From Octopus vulgaris (lineage: Eukaryota): 64,000 bases of DNA. The notes beneath the pieces are model-generated. The model made no database searches. It was not told where the DNA came from and saw nothing but the letters and a program-made list of their open reading frames with translations. The translations under genes were made by a program, and so were the position numbers. This document shows, piece after piece, positions 24,380-37,254 of the stretch (positions are counted from its first letter, which is position 1; each line of letters begins with the position of its first letter). The stretch spans positions 124,124,001 through 124,188,000 of the forward strand of contig OX597818.1 in NCBI GenBank assembly GCA_951406725.2, given 5' to 3'.

Positions 24380-25090
24380 GTGATAAATTCAAATCAGCAT
24401 AGAACATATAAATATATTTATTCATTGAAAATATAGTCCCCATCATTAGCTATGACATTTTTCTCACCTCAAAACCAACTTTCTGGTCCCTTAGGTAGAA
24501 AAAAAAAAGTCAGCTTTTTTTTAGAAAAGAAAATGCTTAGAGTGCAGTTTCAACATCATCCTTGCTTCTGAATGTTTTTCCACTGATAAAATGCCCAAGT
24601 GATCCGAATAAGTGAAAATCTAATGGTTCTGGGTCTAGTGAGTAGAAAGGTATGTTTGAGCATCCCAGCCTAATAAATTTATCTTCTCTCAGCCTTTATT
24701 CTTGGAGGACAGCTCACGAGGTCCCCACTTCCTTTCTATACACATTCCCAGTCTGCTTGAGATAATCTTGCACAGTGGGCCAAGGTTTACTAAGCTTTCA
24801 GGATAAGTCCCTGATATTTCGATACAGATCCCCTTCAATTCCTGTTTTTACAGCATCATTATTTAGAACAGTTGATCTTCCTGATTGATACCCACTCAAA
24901 AGATTGAAATAATCACTTTTTGAATTTCTTAAACCGCCTTTGGCATTTCTGAACACTTACACCATCAGAATATACAATACATATGTTTTCCTTAGCACAT
25001 GTTGAAATTTGTAAAGCACATTCTTTGTCTTCCATGGAATATCTTACAGAGCATATATACCTTCTCCTCGACTTACAACTGAGTTTTGTT
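24380..25090 (-). mobile_element. Highly decayed mariner transposase remnant
   Basis: Minus strand: ICIVYSDGVSVQKCQRRFKKFK, W-x-PRELS-like segment, FYSLDPEPLDFHLFGSL (decayed YSPDLAPSDFHLF). Confidence 0.6.
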
Positions 25091-25094
25091 CTGT

Positions 25095-25628
25095 CTGACA
25101 GGTTGCAAGTCAATTTGGTCATCTGTCAGATTGTAAGTCAATCTGGTCATATGTCAGATTGTAAGTCAATCTGACAGGTTGTAAGTCAATTTGGTCATCT
25201 GTCAGATTGTAAGTCAATCTGGTCATATGTCAGATTGTAAGTCAATCTGACAGGTTGTAAGTCAATCTGGTCATATGTCAGATTGTAAGTCAATCTGGTC
25301 ATATGTTAGATTGTAAATCTATCTGACAGGTTGTAAGTCAATCTGGTCATATGTCAGATTGTAAGTCAATCTGACAGGTTGTAAGTCAATCTGACAGGTT
25401 GTAAGTCAATCTGGTCATATGTCAGATTGTAAGTCAATCTGGTCATATGTCAGATTGTAAGTCAATCTAGTCATATGTTAGATTGTAAGTCAATCTGACA
25501 GGTTGTAAGTCAATCTGGTCATATGTCAGATTGTAAGTCAATCTGACAGGCTGTAAGTCAATCTGGTCATATGTCAGATTGTAAGTCAATCTGACAGGTT
25601 GTAAGTCAATCTGGTCATATGTCAGATT
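25095..25628. repeat. Minisatellite of 28-bp and 20-bp units sharing a 15-bp core
   Basis: Core ttgtaagtcaatctg followed by gtcatatgtcaga or acagg, about 21 units. Confidence 0.95.
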
Positions 25629-26699
25629 TATATTTTCAACACTATTTTCATTCAAATGCAGCTGATGCCTGAAAACCACTGAGTGAAAGACAGTGGCAGA
25701 CAGCGGATGCCTTGGTCAGAGGGAGGCCTGCATTGCCAGATGCTGCCATAGTTATTGTATGCACAGCTGCCCAGCACTCAAAAATTGATTTTTATTTTTT
25801 TTTGGTTGATGGTCGCAAATTGAGGAGAAGGTGTACATACACAGCATGTGTCTACATTAACATTTGGGCATTAACTCTGCTGACTGGTTGATTGCAAGGA
25901 CTCTTTTTTTATTGGCTTGTAAACTATTAGTGGTATGATGTCAAACAATTTACTTGAAAATACATTAACTTTTAGTACCTTTAATATGTATATCAGCTTA
26001 ATATCTATTTTTCCAACCATAAAGATACATGTATGTAGGAATATATGGCTGCAGTCTCATGACTGAAACATGTAAAAGGTAAAAAATTAAGGATATATAT
26101 GTAGTGTGTGTATGGAGAGTGAGTGAGAAAGAGAGAATTTGTGAAACTTAGAACAGTTTCAGTAAAGTGAATGCTCACAAAGCCACGGTTTTGATGAGCA
26201 TTGCTTTTGTATGTTTGTGTGTGCATGTATGTATAAAACGGAAGTGTTCTATAGTTGTTAATGAGTTGTCCCCTGCAAAGGTTTTGTGTTGATGAAGTGT
26301 ACCAAGGAGCAATTTTGTCATGTTGGGGGCATTCTTATGCAGCCATTGGATATTGCCAGAAATTGTAAGTACAAGCTGCATGAGAACTGACTGTCCTGGG
26401 AATCAAGCTTCAGTTACAGACTCGACTTTCTGGGAACTTCCTACTCCCATCTCTTTCTCCCCCCGCTCTGTCTCTCTCACACACACATTAACATTGGTCA
26501 TCTGCTCTTTCAGAGCTGGATTTGGGTTTGTACAACAATAAAAAAACATTCAATGGCATACATACAGATACAAACATGCAAGCTTACATATACACACGTA
26601 ATTATGTATATGCATACAAATCATATATATCCATCTTAATATAAACATTCCTGCTATCAGAATAGTGCGTCCACACACATATACATACAGATTCATGAA

Positions 26700-27085
26700 G
26701 GCAGCGACCTGGCAGAAATGTTAGCACGCCGGGCGAAATGCGTAGCCGTATTTCATCTGCGGTTACGTTCTGAGTTCAAATTCCGCCGGGGTCGACTTTG
26801 CCTTTCATCCTTTCGGGGTCGATAAAGAAAGTACCAGTTCCGCACTGGGGTCGATGTAATCGACTTAATCCGTTAGTCTGTCCTTGTTTGTCCACTCTAT
26901 GTTTAGCCCCTTGTGGGTAGTAAAGAAATAGGTATTTCATCTGCCGTTACGTTCTAAGTTCAAATTCCGCCGGGGTCGATAAAAAAAGTACCAGTTCCAC
27001 ACTGGGGTCGATGTAATCGACTTAATCTGTTAATCTGTCCTTGTTTGTCCACTCTATGTTTAGCCCCTTGTGGGTAATAAAGAAA
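26700..27085 (+). mobile_element. SINE family B dimer
   Basis: One head plus two body units joined at gaaataggtatttc; second unit has an internal deletion. Confidence 0.85.
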
Positions 27086-28524
27086 CATATACATACTACA
27101 GATTCATACACATACAGAAACTTACATAGGTGTGCGTATGAGATTTCACAAAGGCAGTCATGCATACATTCACACAAACAACGTTGATATATGCAAATAT
27201 CTTCTACAGTTATACTGTTACACTTATCTCTCAATAATTATTTCGATTCCATATACGTTATTTTCCGCTTTTCTCCCCTCTTCTCTAATTTTTAAATTTC
27301 ACACACACACACGCACTGTAACTTTCGTAAATGCAACCTCTTCCAAAATTGTTTCTAGGTATCTGTCTCTTTCGTTCTTACCAGTCTTGATCTCTCTATT
27401 GCTCTCTGTTTCTTTATTTTTCTCTCTCTCACTCTTTTACTAGTTCTTTCTCTTTCTTTTTACCTATCTTTGTAGTTCTTTTTCACTCTCTCTGCCCTGC
27501 TTACATTACTCCCTATATCACTCTCTCTCATGTACATAAAGAAAGAAACAATATAATCTAGGCACAGCGCCACAAGGGAGAAAGCGGTGTATAGTCGATT
27601 AAAATTATTCAAGTAACGGCATCAATTTTGGCATCGATTTTACAATAATGAAAGACAAAGGGACATAAGTTATCTCCCTTTGAAAAAAATTTTAAAAAAA
27701 AATTTTTTTTTTCTTTTCTGCTGTCTTTGATAATTGTTACAAGGAAAATATAATGAAAATGTCTCATTCAGTCTTTGTTTTTGCCTCAGATCTTGATGAA
27801 ATATATTGTCCTCACGATATATAACTGTCACGGCACTTAAGTTGCCGTGTGGATGTTTATTGTCTCTATCAGCCTGTGCATGGTCAAATTTAAAATGTCT
27901 CGATAAAAACCTGGCAATTTTTATTTGTGGGTTTTTATAAGCTTGAGCTATAGACTTCAGCGAGTTTATGTAAATGATTTTTTTTTTCAGAGGAGGTACT
28001 TAGTTCTTATGTCCCTTTTTCAGGGGTTTGAAGACTCCGGATGAGTTGGGATGGGGGAAAGTTACTTTAGGACCAAGATCAAGCTTGAATGTTTGCAACA
28101 GGCTGGACTCTGCTACAGACACCCAAATGCCACAGATACAAACCATAGTTAGAGAGAAAGAGGTGTTAGGTAAGTAAAAAAAATTTTTAAATGTTACAAA
28201 TTCTATCTCAAATCAGTTTACAGAATCACCGACTACAAGAGAAGTTTCAACTTCAGAATAACCAAGCTGCTAAAGAAAAAAAAAAAAAAAAAAAAAGGGG
28301 TATTTTTAAATAAATGATACAATTTTTTGTTTTGTTTTGTTTATATAATTCAGTATTATATTGTTTATATAATTCAGTATTAAATTTTTACAAAAGTTTC
28401 TATTTTTTGTCGTCTTTTATAGTTCCACTTAGGTCTAAGAAGCTTTATAGTAATTTAGCGATGTGGTTAAATGAATGGAATGTGGCTAAAGCCCTAGTAA
28501 TATTATGTCTTCTGATTAACTCGT

Positions 28525-28838
28525 CTGGCCCCGTGCCGGTGGCACGTAAAAGGCACCATCCGATCGTGGCCGTTGCCAGCCTCGCCTGGCACCTGTGCAG
28601 GTGGCACGTAAAAAGCACCATCCGATCGTGGCAGTTGCCAGCCTCACCTGGCACCTGTGCAGGTGGCACGTAAAAAGCACCAACTACACTCACGGAGTGG
28701 TTGGCGTTAGTAAGGGCATCCAGCTGTAGAAACACTGCCAGATCAGACTGGAGCCTGGCGCAGCCTTCTGGCTTCAGAGACCCCAGTTGAACCGTCCAAC
28801 CCATGCTAGCATGGAAAGCGGACGTTAAACGATGATGA
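28525..28838 (+). mobile_element. D-type RTE 3'-end element with ~61-bp repeats
   Basis: Same units as 6370-6750; ends ggacgttaaacgatgatga. Confidence 0.8.
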
Positions 28839-29169
28839 GGATTAACATGAGCCAGGATGAATATCATGAAGAAAATACAAAGTCAAGTTAGAGTTGACTG
28901 CACTGCAACATTTATTTCCAAAACTAAAGTGAAATACATCAACTGACACAATAAGTATAACTCTGTCAAAAAAATTACATAGTTTCAAAATGTTTCTTTA
29001 AGTTAAAGATAAATGTTGGATACAATGCAAAGCATAGCATCAAAGAATCTGGTTACAAATCTCTCTTTGCTGAAGCTACAAAGTGGTATAAACTTTCATG
29101 CTGAAGATCAAAACTTGTAACAAACTCACCTCCCTAAAGAATTAACTGGAAATAAGGGTCCCTTAAATG

Positions 29170-29550
29170 GGGAAGCACTCCGTCGGTTACGACGACGAGG
29201 GTTCCGGTTGATCCAATCAACGGAACAGCCTGCTCGTGAAATTAACGTGTAAGTGGCTGAGCACTCCACAGACACATGTACCCTTAACGTAGTTCTTGGG
29301 GATATTCAGCGTGATACAGAGAGTGACAAGGCTGGCCCTTTGAAATACAGGTACAACAGAAACAGGAAGTAAGAGTGAGAGAAAGTTGTGAAAGAGTACA
29401 GCAGGGATCACCACCATCCCCTGTCGGAGCCTCGTGGAGCTTTAAGGTGTTTTCGCTCAATAAACACTCACAACGCCCGGTCTGGGAATTGAAACCATGA
29501 TCCTATGACCGCGAGTCCGCTGCCCTAACCACTGGGCCATTGCGCCTCCA
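29170..29550 (-). mobile_element. SINE family C, full length
   Basis: Head ggaggcgcaatggcccagtggttagg with B-box-like gtttcaattcc; TSD cccttaaat. Confidence 0.9.
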
Positions 29551-30016
29551 CCCCTTAAATAGTTGATGTTGGGACACTTGACTAGTCTGTCATGTTAAGG
29601 GGTGGGCAGTGTGCATAAAGCTAAATGGACTTGACCGTGTTATGGGCAAAAGCAAAGGGGTACAACATGGATAGTTAAAGGTAAAGAATGAACATGCTTC
29701 TGCTGCAGGAATATTAAATTAACTCCCAATAGTTGATCAGTACTTTATTTCATCAGTCCTGGAAAAATGAAAGGACAATGTTAACTTCACTGCAGCTTCA
29801 ACACTGAGTGTAAAAGATTGTAACCAAGTACTGCAGGAATTTTGTCTGATACTCTTATGAGTCTATTAATTCACTGCCTTCTAATTTTATTGCTACAGGC
29901 AGTTAAACTATTTTTATCTGGTGCAAATATCTGCCTAGGAAGCTACAATAGTTTCATGCTTAGAATCCATAAAATTAATGACTTAAAAAATATGTCAATG
30001 TATTCAAATAAAGATA

Positions 30017-30392
30017 TAGGCACAGGAGTGGCTGTGTGGTAAGTTGCTTGCTAACCAACCACATGGTTCCGGGTTCAGTCCCACTGCGTGGCATCTTGGG
30101 CAAGTGTCTTCTGCTATAGCCCCGGGCCGACCAATGCCTTGTGAGTGGATTTGGTAGACGGAAACTGAAAGAAGCCTGTCGTGTTTGTGTGTGTGAGTTT
30201 GTCCCCCTAGCATTGCTTGACAACCGATGCTGGTGTGTTTATGTCCCCATTACTTAGCGGTTCGGCAAGAGAGACCGATAGAATAAGTACTGGACTTACA
30301 AAGAATAAGACCCGGGCTCGATTTGCTCGACTAAAGGCGGTGCTCCAGCATGGCCGCAGTCAAATGACTTAAACAAGTAAAAGAGTAAGAGT
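30017..30392 (+). mobile_element. SINE family A
   Basis: Near-consensus copy. Confidence 0.9.
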
Positions 30393-30789
30393 ATATTAGG
30401 AGTAAGAAAAACATTCATATCTCTATGGTTTGCCAGATGTTTCCCTGTTTGAAATGTTAACTGTCCTCAAGGCTAGATATCGTATATTTGAACGAATAAC
30501 AATTTAAATCTTAATTTGGGTAACTTCAATGCTAAAGGATTAAGCATAACTACACTGTTTTGAATCAAGATGAATTGAGAACAATTATCAAGGAAGGACT
30601 CAAAAGCCTGAAAACTTCAAAGCAAAGGGATTTAGATGCAGGCATGGCTGTGTGCTGATGAAGTTCATGTAATTTTAGGTTCAATCCCACTGCATAGTAC
30701 ATTGGGTAAGTATCTTCTACCATAGCCTTGGTTCAACCAAAGCTTTGTTTATGAAATGTGGTCGGCAGAAATTATGTAGAAACCTGCTT

Positions 30790-31095
30790 TAATAATAATA
30801 ATAATAAAAACATTGTGTACAGTGCTCAGGTGCACTACAACTCATCTAAAGTGTATGTATAATCAGGTGTAGTTTCGGCGGATTTCGGAAAGCATGAGGG
30901 CCTTAAAGGATGCAGTGTCATGGCAGTCAACAACTGACGCAGGCAGTTTGTTCCATGCTTTAGCAACTCTGAGCGTGAAAAAATGTTTCCGAAAGTCGTG
31001 GGAGCTGTGTTGTTTTCTGACTTTGTAGGCATGTCCACGTGTGTTAGACACATGAAGATCAAAAAGGTGTTCAGTGTTGTTGTTGGTGAGGTGGT
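30790..31095 (-). mobile_element. CR1-group LINE 3' end
   Basis: NTRGHAYKV...RKHFFTLRVAKAWNKLPASVV...SFK; (TTA)n tail. Confidence 0.8.
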
Positions 31096-31495
31096 TAAGA
31101 GGCAAAATTAATGCATTGTCCAGTTTGATACCACTACTTTTGACTTGTTGCACTTTAGCAAAGTGTCACACAAGCATTTGGGTTGGATCCCAGGTTTGAG
31201 AATAATTTCCTCTGGGCAAACAAAATCCTTGCAAATGGATTTCGTAGATGGAAACTGGAAGAAGTCAATTGTGTGTGTGTGTGTAATCACATCATCACCA
31301 TTGTTTAATGATCGTTTTCCATGCCAGCATGGGTTGGATGGTCTGACAGGAGCAGTCCAGACTCTAATTGTTTGTTGTGGCATGGTTTCTACAACTGGAT
31401 GCCCTTCCTAATGCCAACTACTTTACAGAGTGTGCTGGGTGCTTTTTATGTACCTACACACACACATATATATATATAGAAAGATAGATATGTAT

Positions 31496-31715
31496 ACTCT
31501 TTACTCTCTTTTACTTGTTTCAGTCATTTGACTGTGGCCATGCTGGAGCACTGCCTTTAATCGAGCAACTCGACCCCGGGACTTATTCTTTGTAAGCCCA
31601 GTACTTATTCTATCAGTCTCTTTTGCCGAACCGCTAAGTGACAGGGACGTAAACACACCAGCATCGGTTGTCAAGCAATGCTAGGGGGACAAACACAGAC
31701 ACACAAACATACACG

Positions 31716-31747
<32 letters not shown>

Positions 31748-31911
31748 CGACGGGCTTCTTTCAGTTTCCGTCTACCAAATCTATTCACAAGGCTTTGGTC
31801 GGCCCGAGGCTATAGTAGAAGACATTTGCCCAAGGTGCCACGCAGTGGGACTGAACCCGGAACCATGTGGTTGGTAAGCAAGCTACTTACCACACAGCTA
31901 CTCCTGTGCCT
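31496..31911 (-). mobile_element. SINE family A
   Basis: Near-consensus copy. Confidence 0.9.
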
Positions 31912-32477
31912 ATATATGTGTGTGAAGTTACAATAAACACAAATTTATATTGTTAGTTTCTGCATACATTTCACCATTGTTGCTGTTTGGAACTCCAATT
32001 GCACTTGGAACATTCAATGCAGAATTTCAAACAGTTACAATGAGGAAACATATGTAGGAACTAATAATACAAATGCGTGTTTATTGCAATTTCTTTTACA
32101 TTTGCTCTGTATATCATCACTAGTAATATTACTAAGTATAGTAGTCGCTTCACCACTGCGCTGGAGGCAGACTGGGTGATGATAGTCTATGGGAAGCTCT
32201 AAACTTAGCAGCAGAAGTCATACATCCATTTCTAAACACAAGATACACTATACATTATCATCAACATTTAACATCCATTTTCCATGCTAGCATGGGTTGG
32301 ATGGCTTCACAAAAACTGGCAAGGCCAGGAGCTGCACCAGGTTCTAGGTGTGTTTTGGCTAGGTTTCTACAGCTGGATGGCCTTACTAATGCCAACCACT
32401 TTACAGAGTGTACTGAGTGCTTTTTACATAATCCCATCACCAGTACTTTTGACTATTGATACATATATATATATATC

Positions 32478-32780
32478 ACGTGATCACGTGACTGACCAGG
32501 CTATCAGATGTTACACATCGCTGGTCACAATGCACTTCGCATTGTTTTAGCCTTCAAATGATGCCACCCCGCTGGCTAAGCGAGCAGGCCAACAGAAGAA
32601 AGAGTGAAAGAAACTTGTGGCGAAAGAGTACAGCAGGGATCGCCACCACCCCCTACCGGAGCCTCGTGGAGCTTTAGGTGTTTTCGCTCAATAAACACAC
32701 ACAACGCCTGGTTTGGGAATCAAAACCGCGATCCTCCGACCGCGAGTCCGCTGCCGTAACCACTGGGCCATTGCGCCTCC
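32478..32780 (-). mobile_element. SINE family C head with alternative 3' tail (variant 2)
   Basis: Same tRNA head and about 170 bp as family C, then an unrelated tail; lies in (TA)n. Confidence 0.8.
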
Positions 32781-32796
32781 ATATATATATATATAT

Positions 32797-33620
32797 ACTA
32801 GGTATTTTGACCTGTGCTTCACTTGGGTTTTGGTGGTGATGGCAACAAAATGGTAGCCCTGAGCGACTTGCAACCCTCCTCACACCATTGCCCACCCCAT
32901 TTTACCCACCAGTGTAAATTTTGGTGCCAATCCGACCCCATCTACCATCCCATAATCCGTTCCCATCCCAAAATGAGACAACCAAGAAATCAAACAACTT
33001 TTTCGCATTTTAGCTTTATAGATATTGATTATATATATACACATATATATATGTATACACATTATATATATATTTATATACACACACACATATATATATA
33101 AATTAACACAATATATCTGATTAATAATATCTGTTATGATTGTGCAGTGGTGGTGGGCAATAATAATTCACCATTCTAAAAGACCTGTAGCAGGAATATT
33201 TAAACTTTTGCAGCTGTCAACACATTCTCTCTATAGATACTGACGTACAGTGAGAGAGGTGGTGGGTGAAAGAGAGACAGCGAAGGCAGAGAGGGAATGA
33301 GAGTGGAAGCTGTCAAATGTCGTTATAGAGTGAAATTGGAGGGAAGGAAGGAAAGAGAGAGATTGAGGAAGACAGGGTGATATCCGAAAGTGAGAAACGA
33401 CAAACACTTGTCAAAGTCTGGGTTTTGTTGCCCTAGTAACCACAGCTTTTGAGATAGGGGTTTCTAACCTAGTCCAGTCGCTTCCTCACCTCTTTTTACA
33501 TGTCCCTGTAAATTTTGGTGCCAATCCGATACCATCTGCTGCCCATTAAACTGTTCCCATCCCAAAATGAGACAAATAACCAAGAAATCAAACAACTTTT
33601 TCACATCTCAGCTTTATATA
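32797..33620 (+). mobile_element. Two related Helentron-like non-autonomous elements
   Basis: actag...cctgtgcttcacttggg start; shared end tgtaaattttggtgccaatccga...cagctttata at about 32912-33020 and 33507-33620. Confidence 0.45.
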
Positions 33621-33713
33621 TATATATATATATATATATATGGGTGTGTGTGTGTGTACTTTTGGGCATCATGTAAGCAAGATCATCCCTTTCCAAACTT
33701 GCAAGCATGAAGA

Positions 33714-34040
33714 ATCATCATCATCATCATCTTCGTTTAGCATCCGCTTTCCATGCTAGCATGGGTTGGACGGTTCAACTGGGGTCTGGGAAGCCAGAAA
33801 GCTGCACCAGGCCCAGTCTGATCTGGCAATGTTTCTACGGCTGGATGCCCTTCCTAATGCCAACCACTCTGTGAGTGTAGTGGGTGCCTTTTACGTGCCA
33901 CCAGCACAGGTGCCAGGTGAGGCTGCAACGGCCACAATCGGATGGTGCTTTTTACATGCCACCGGCATGGGAGCCAGGTGAGGCTGCAACGGCCACAATC
34001 GGATGGTGCTTTTTACGTGCCACCGGCACGAGGCCAGTCA
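33714..34040 (-). mobile_element. D-type RTE 3'-end element
   Basis: (GAT)n tail on the minus strand; about 2.5 units of ~59 bp. Confidence 0.8.
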
Positions 34041-34560
34041 GGAAGAAGTGGAAATTAAATGGTGATTGAGAAGCTGTGATGTGTTTGACTTTTTCCAAAG
34101 GTATTAGTTGCATACCTGAAGTGAAATGACTTTAACTAAGAATAAAAATCTGAGCAAAGACTCTCAGCTTGCTAGGAAGAGGACAGCACAAGAACTTGGT
34201 AAATGACTAATATATTTGAAGGTTAGCAACATCAATTGTAGTAGAGTCTTTTGTTGTTTAGTTTCAGATCAGCTCCTATTAATTAATGAATTGTCACTAT
34301 GATTACAACATACATCTCTCAGGCGTTGCATATCTAGGACTACACTATCTAATGTGTCCCTCCCTTTTAAAAATGGTTGGGTGTAATTTAATGGAAATTT
34401 GGCTGCTATTTCTAGCAGTTTGAGTGACCATGTAAAGACTCACTTGGCTCTGGAAATAATAGTACAGCAATGTTTGTCACTCTCCATGATTACTTGATAT
34501 AGAAGAAATGGCAAAGAGGACCTGACTAGTTCTTACTGTGTCAAGTACTACAATATATAA

Positions 34561-36312
34561 TGTTGTGGTGGAAAGAAGACTGAAAGGGGTGGGGGGAGAG
34601 TTGATGTCATATCATCAAGTGAGAAGAAAAGTTTCCCTCTTTTTTTATCATGCCATGAGTGATAGAGACGATGATGAAGAGAGGTTGTGACAACGTGTTA
34701 ACAATCTGCTGGCGGTACCCAATTGTAAGTCGAGTTAAGAACTTTATTTTCATGCCTTCAAATATAAAGCTATTTTGGCACACTCTTACTTATTTCTTTA
34801 CTACCCACAAGGGGCTAAACACAGAGAGGACAAACAAGGACAGACAAAGGGATAAAGTCGATTACATCGACTCTAGTGCGTAACTAGTACTTAATTTATC
34901 GACCCCGAAAAGGATGAAAGGTAAAGTCGACCTCGGCGGAATTTGAACTCAGAACGTAGCGGCAGACGAAATACCTATTTCTTTACTACCCACAAGGGGC
35001 TAAACACAGAGAGGACAAACAAGGACAGACAAACAGATTAAGTCGATTACATCGACCCCAGTGCGTAACTGGTACTTAATTTATCGACCCCGAAAGGATG
35101 AAAGGTAAAGTCGACCTCGGTGGAATTTGAACTCAGAACGTAGCGGCAGACTAAATACCTATTTTTTTTACTACCCACAAGGGGCTAAACACAGAGAGGA
35201 CAAACAAACAGATTAAGTCGATTACATCGACCCTAGTGCGTAACTGGTACTTAATTTATCGACCCCGAAAGGATGAAAGGTAAAGTCGACCTCGGCAGAA
35301 TTTGAACTCAGAATGTAATGCCAGACGAAACACGGCTACGCATTTCGCCCAGCGTGCTAACGATTCTGCCAGCTCGCCGCCGTATTTTGGCACACTCTTA
35401 CCAGCTGTGAGGATACATCTGAGAAGTGGAGTTTTAATATTTTTCTGTTGCTCTTGTTCTTCCCTATTTTCTTTTTCTTTTTTTGCTATGGCCACAAAAA
35501 TCAGAATCGGTAGTGATGTATTGAGACTGTTCACTGGGGAAGGCAATGTGGTGGCCTGGATAAAGAAGGCAAGGCTCATGGTGAAGCTTCAGGGAATAGA
35601 TGTGGCTAACCTTATGCAGTTGTATTTAGAAGGCAGTGCACTGAGTCTCTTCCTAGAAATGGATGAGGTGGAGCAAGAGAAAGTGGAAAAAATTGAAGAG
35701 TGGCTGAAGGACACATAGATGGAGAGGGATTTTAAAGCTTACAGCAAGCTCAGAAGAGTGAGATAAATCGGCAAGAAGATAGATGATTACATGAGTGAGA
35801 TTAGGAGGTTGATGGGCCCTAGCAGGGTTTACTGGAGCAGCAGAAAGATACTCAAAAAGCGGAGCACAAGACGCTTCTTCAGTGGGGAAAAAGGAAGGGT
35901 GACTGTGATCGGTACTCTGAATAATGTCTCAGTGGATGGAATGCCATATCAAATCCTGGATGTTAGAAGGGTGATGACAAAGAGGAGAGGGAAGTCAGCC
36001 CTGTGACCCTATGAAGATCTCAAAGGGAACATCGCACCCCCAGGCGGATGGATGATTATGTGAACAGAACAGGGGAGCAGTGACCTTTAGATCAATCAGG
36101 GCAGAGATGATGTCACATGGGTGAGTGAGAAGAAAAGCTTCCCTCTTTTTTCATGCCATGAATGATAAAGGCGAGATATGATGAAGAGAGGTCATGACAA
36201 CACCTTAACGAGTGAACTACCTGGCGGCAGTACCCAATTGCAAGTCAAGGTAAGAACTTTATTTTTATGCCTTCAAACCTCAAATGCCAAAGTATTATCT
36301 ATCACAAATAAC
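34561..36312 (+). mobile_element. Internally deleted Gypsy-like LTR element
   Basis: Diverged direct repeats at about 34600-34760 and 36105-36277; gag-like MATKIRIGSDVLRLFTGEGNVVAWIKKARL...LYLEGSAL; integrase-end-like GRVT...NNVSVDGMP..ILDVRR. Confidence 0.7.
34790..35382 (-). mobile_element. SINE family B trimer with a 19-bp TSD
   Basis: TSD tattttggcacactcttac at 34771-34789 and 35383-35401; one head plus three ~180-bp units. Confidence 0.9.
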
Positions 36313-37254
36313 ATGCCACTGTTAAGCAGCATGAATGATTCAATTTCCATAGCGGTCGACTTTGTCTTCCATTCTTCTGGGTTGATAAATAAAGTACCAG
36401 TCTAGATGATGAAGCAGCAAAATGATAAGAGCTTCAAATGGAATGTTTTGTGTTATTAGTTCCAGCTCTTTATATTTTCATTTTGAATTCTACCTTGACT
36501 TACTTTCATGGTAGCATTAATATGTCACCTGATTTAATGCTGTAACCTGGCTCATTTGGTTCCTTCAGTAAAATTCCATCTGCTGCGAGCATTCAGTTAG
36601 GTCTCCACCTTGACAATAAGTTCCTCCCTTATTTTCCACCTGTCATGGAGGTCCTGAAAAGCGTCATAAGCATTGCCTCCCTCTCACCCCACCCTTTTGA
36701 CTAAGCAATTAAAAAAAAAAAAAAAGAGCAATATTTCTATCTGGAAAGAATTTAAAACTCTACAGCCAACTTGATAGCACTTATGTGCAGAAAAGAAGTA
36801 CAATATTTGATGGCATAAAAGATACAGGTATGTTAGGCACATCCCAATTTCAGCAGCACATATTTGGAAAAAGGTTTTAGTGCACTAAAAGCTTATGGGA
36901 GACCCAATTTGCATATTTTTGTATATCCCGGGAAAAACTTTAGGGACATTTAAAAAAAAAAATGGTGCATCTTATCATGCCATCAAATATAGTATGAGAG
37001 CACTCTATACTGTGTATCTAGTATGAATTAGGGGTTCAGAAAAGGTGCAGTGAGGTTTCATGAATATTTTATAATTAACAGTTAAACAAGAGCAGTTAGC
37101 AGTAAGAGCAGCCATTGGACACAATATTTCAAATGCTTAGGAGGCTGGTTAGAAGTAATCAACATGTTTTGTGACTTAAATGGCTTAATTAACAGCAGAA
37201 GTTATTTGTTACAGAATCATAGTATCCAGAATTAGATGAAGTATCCAGAAATAG

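Noticed and set aside
25095-25628. CRISPR-like array (repeated palindromic core)
   Set aside because: Only two recurring linkers rather than unique spacers, no cas genes, and a eukaryotic context.
28024-28169. Plus-strand exon-like segment (tttcag ... gtaagt, one open frame)
   Set aside because: No recognisable homology or partner exons; the acceptor overlaps one arm of an inverted repeat (aaagggacataag near 27658 / cttatgtcccttt near 28007), suggesting transposon sequence.
29054-29134. Minus-strand terminal exon GGEFVTSFDLQHESLYHFVASAKRDL
   Set aside because: Not recognisable and no phase-linked upstream exon found; could equally be UTR.
31998-32012. miR-92-like seed aattgcactt
   Set aside because: The match ends after about 11 nt and lies in the spacer, not in a hairpin arm.
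32135-32225. SECIS element or selenocysteine read-through (QW-UGA-SDYYT)
   Set aside because: AUGA-N11-AAR spacing occurs on both strands, but helix II cannot pair in either.
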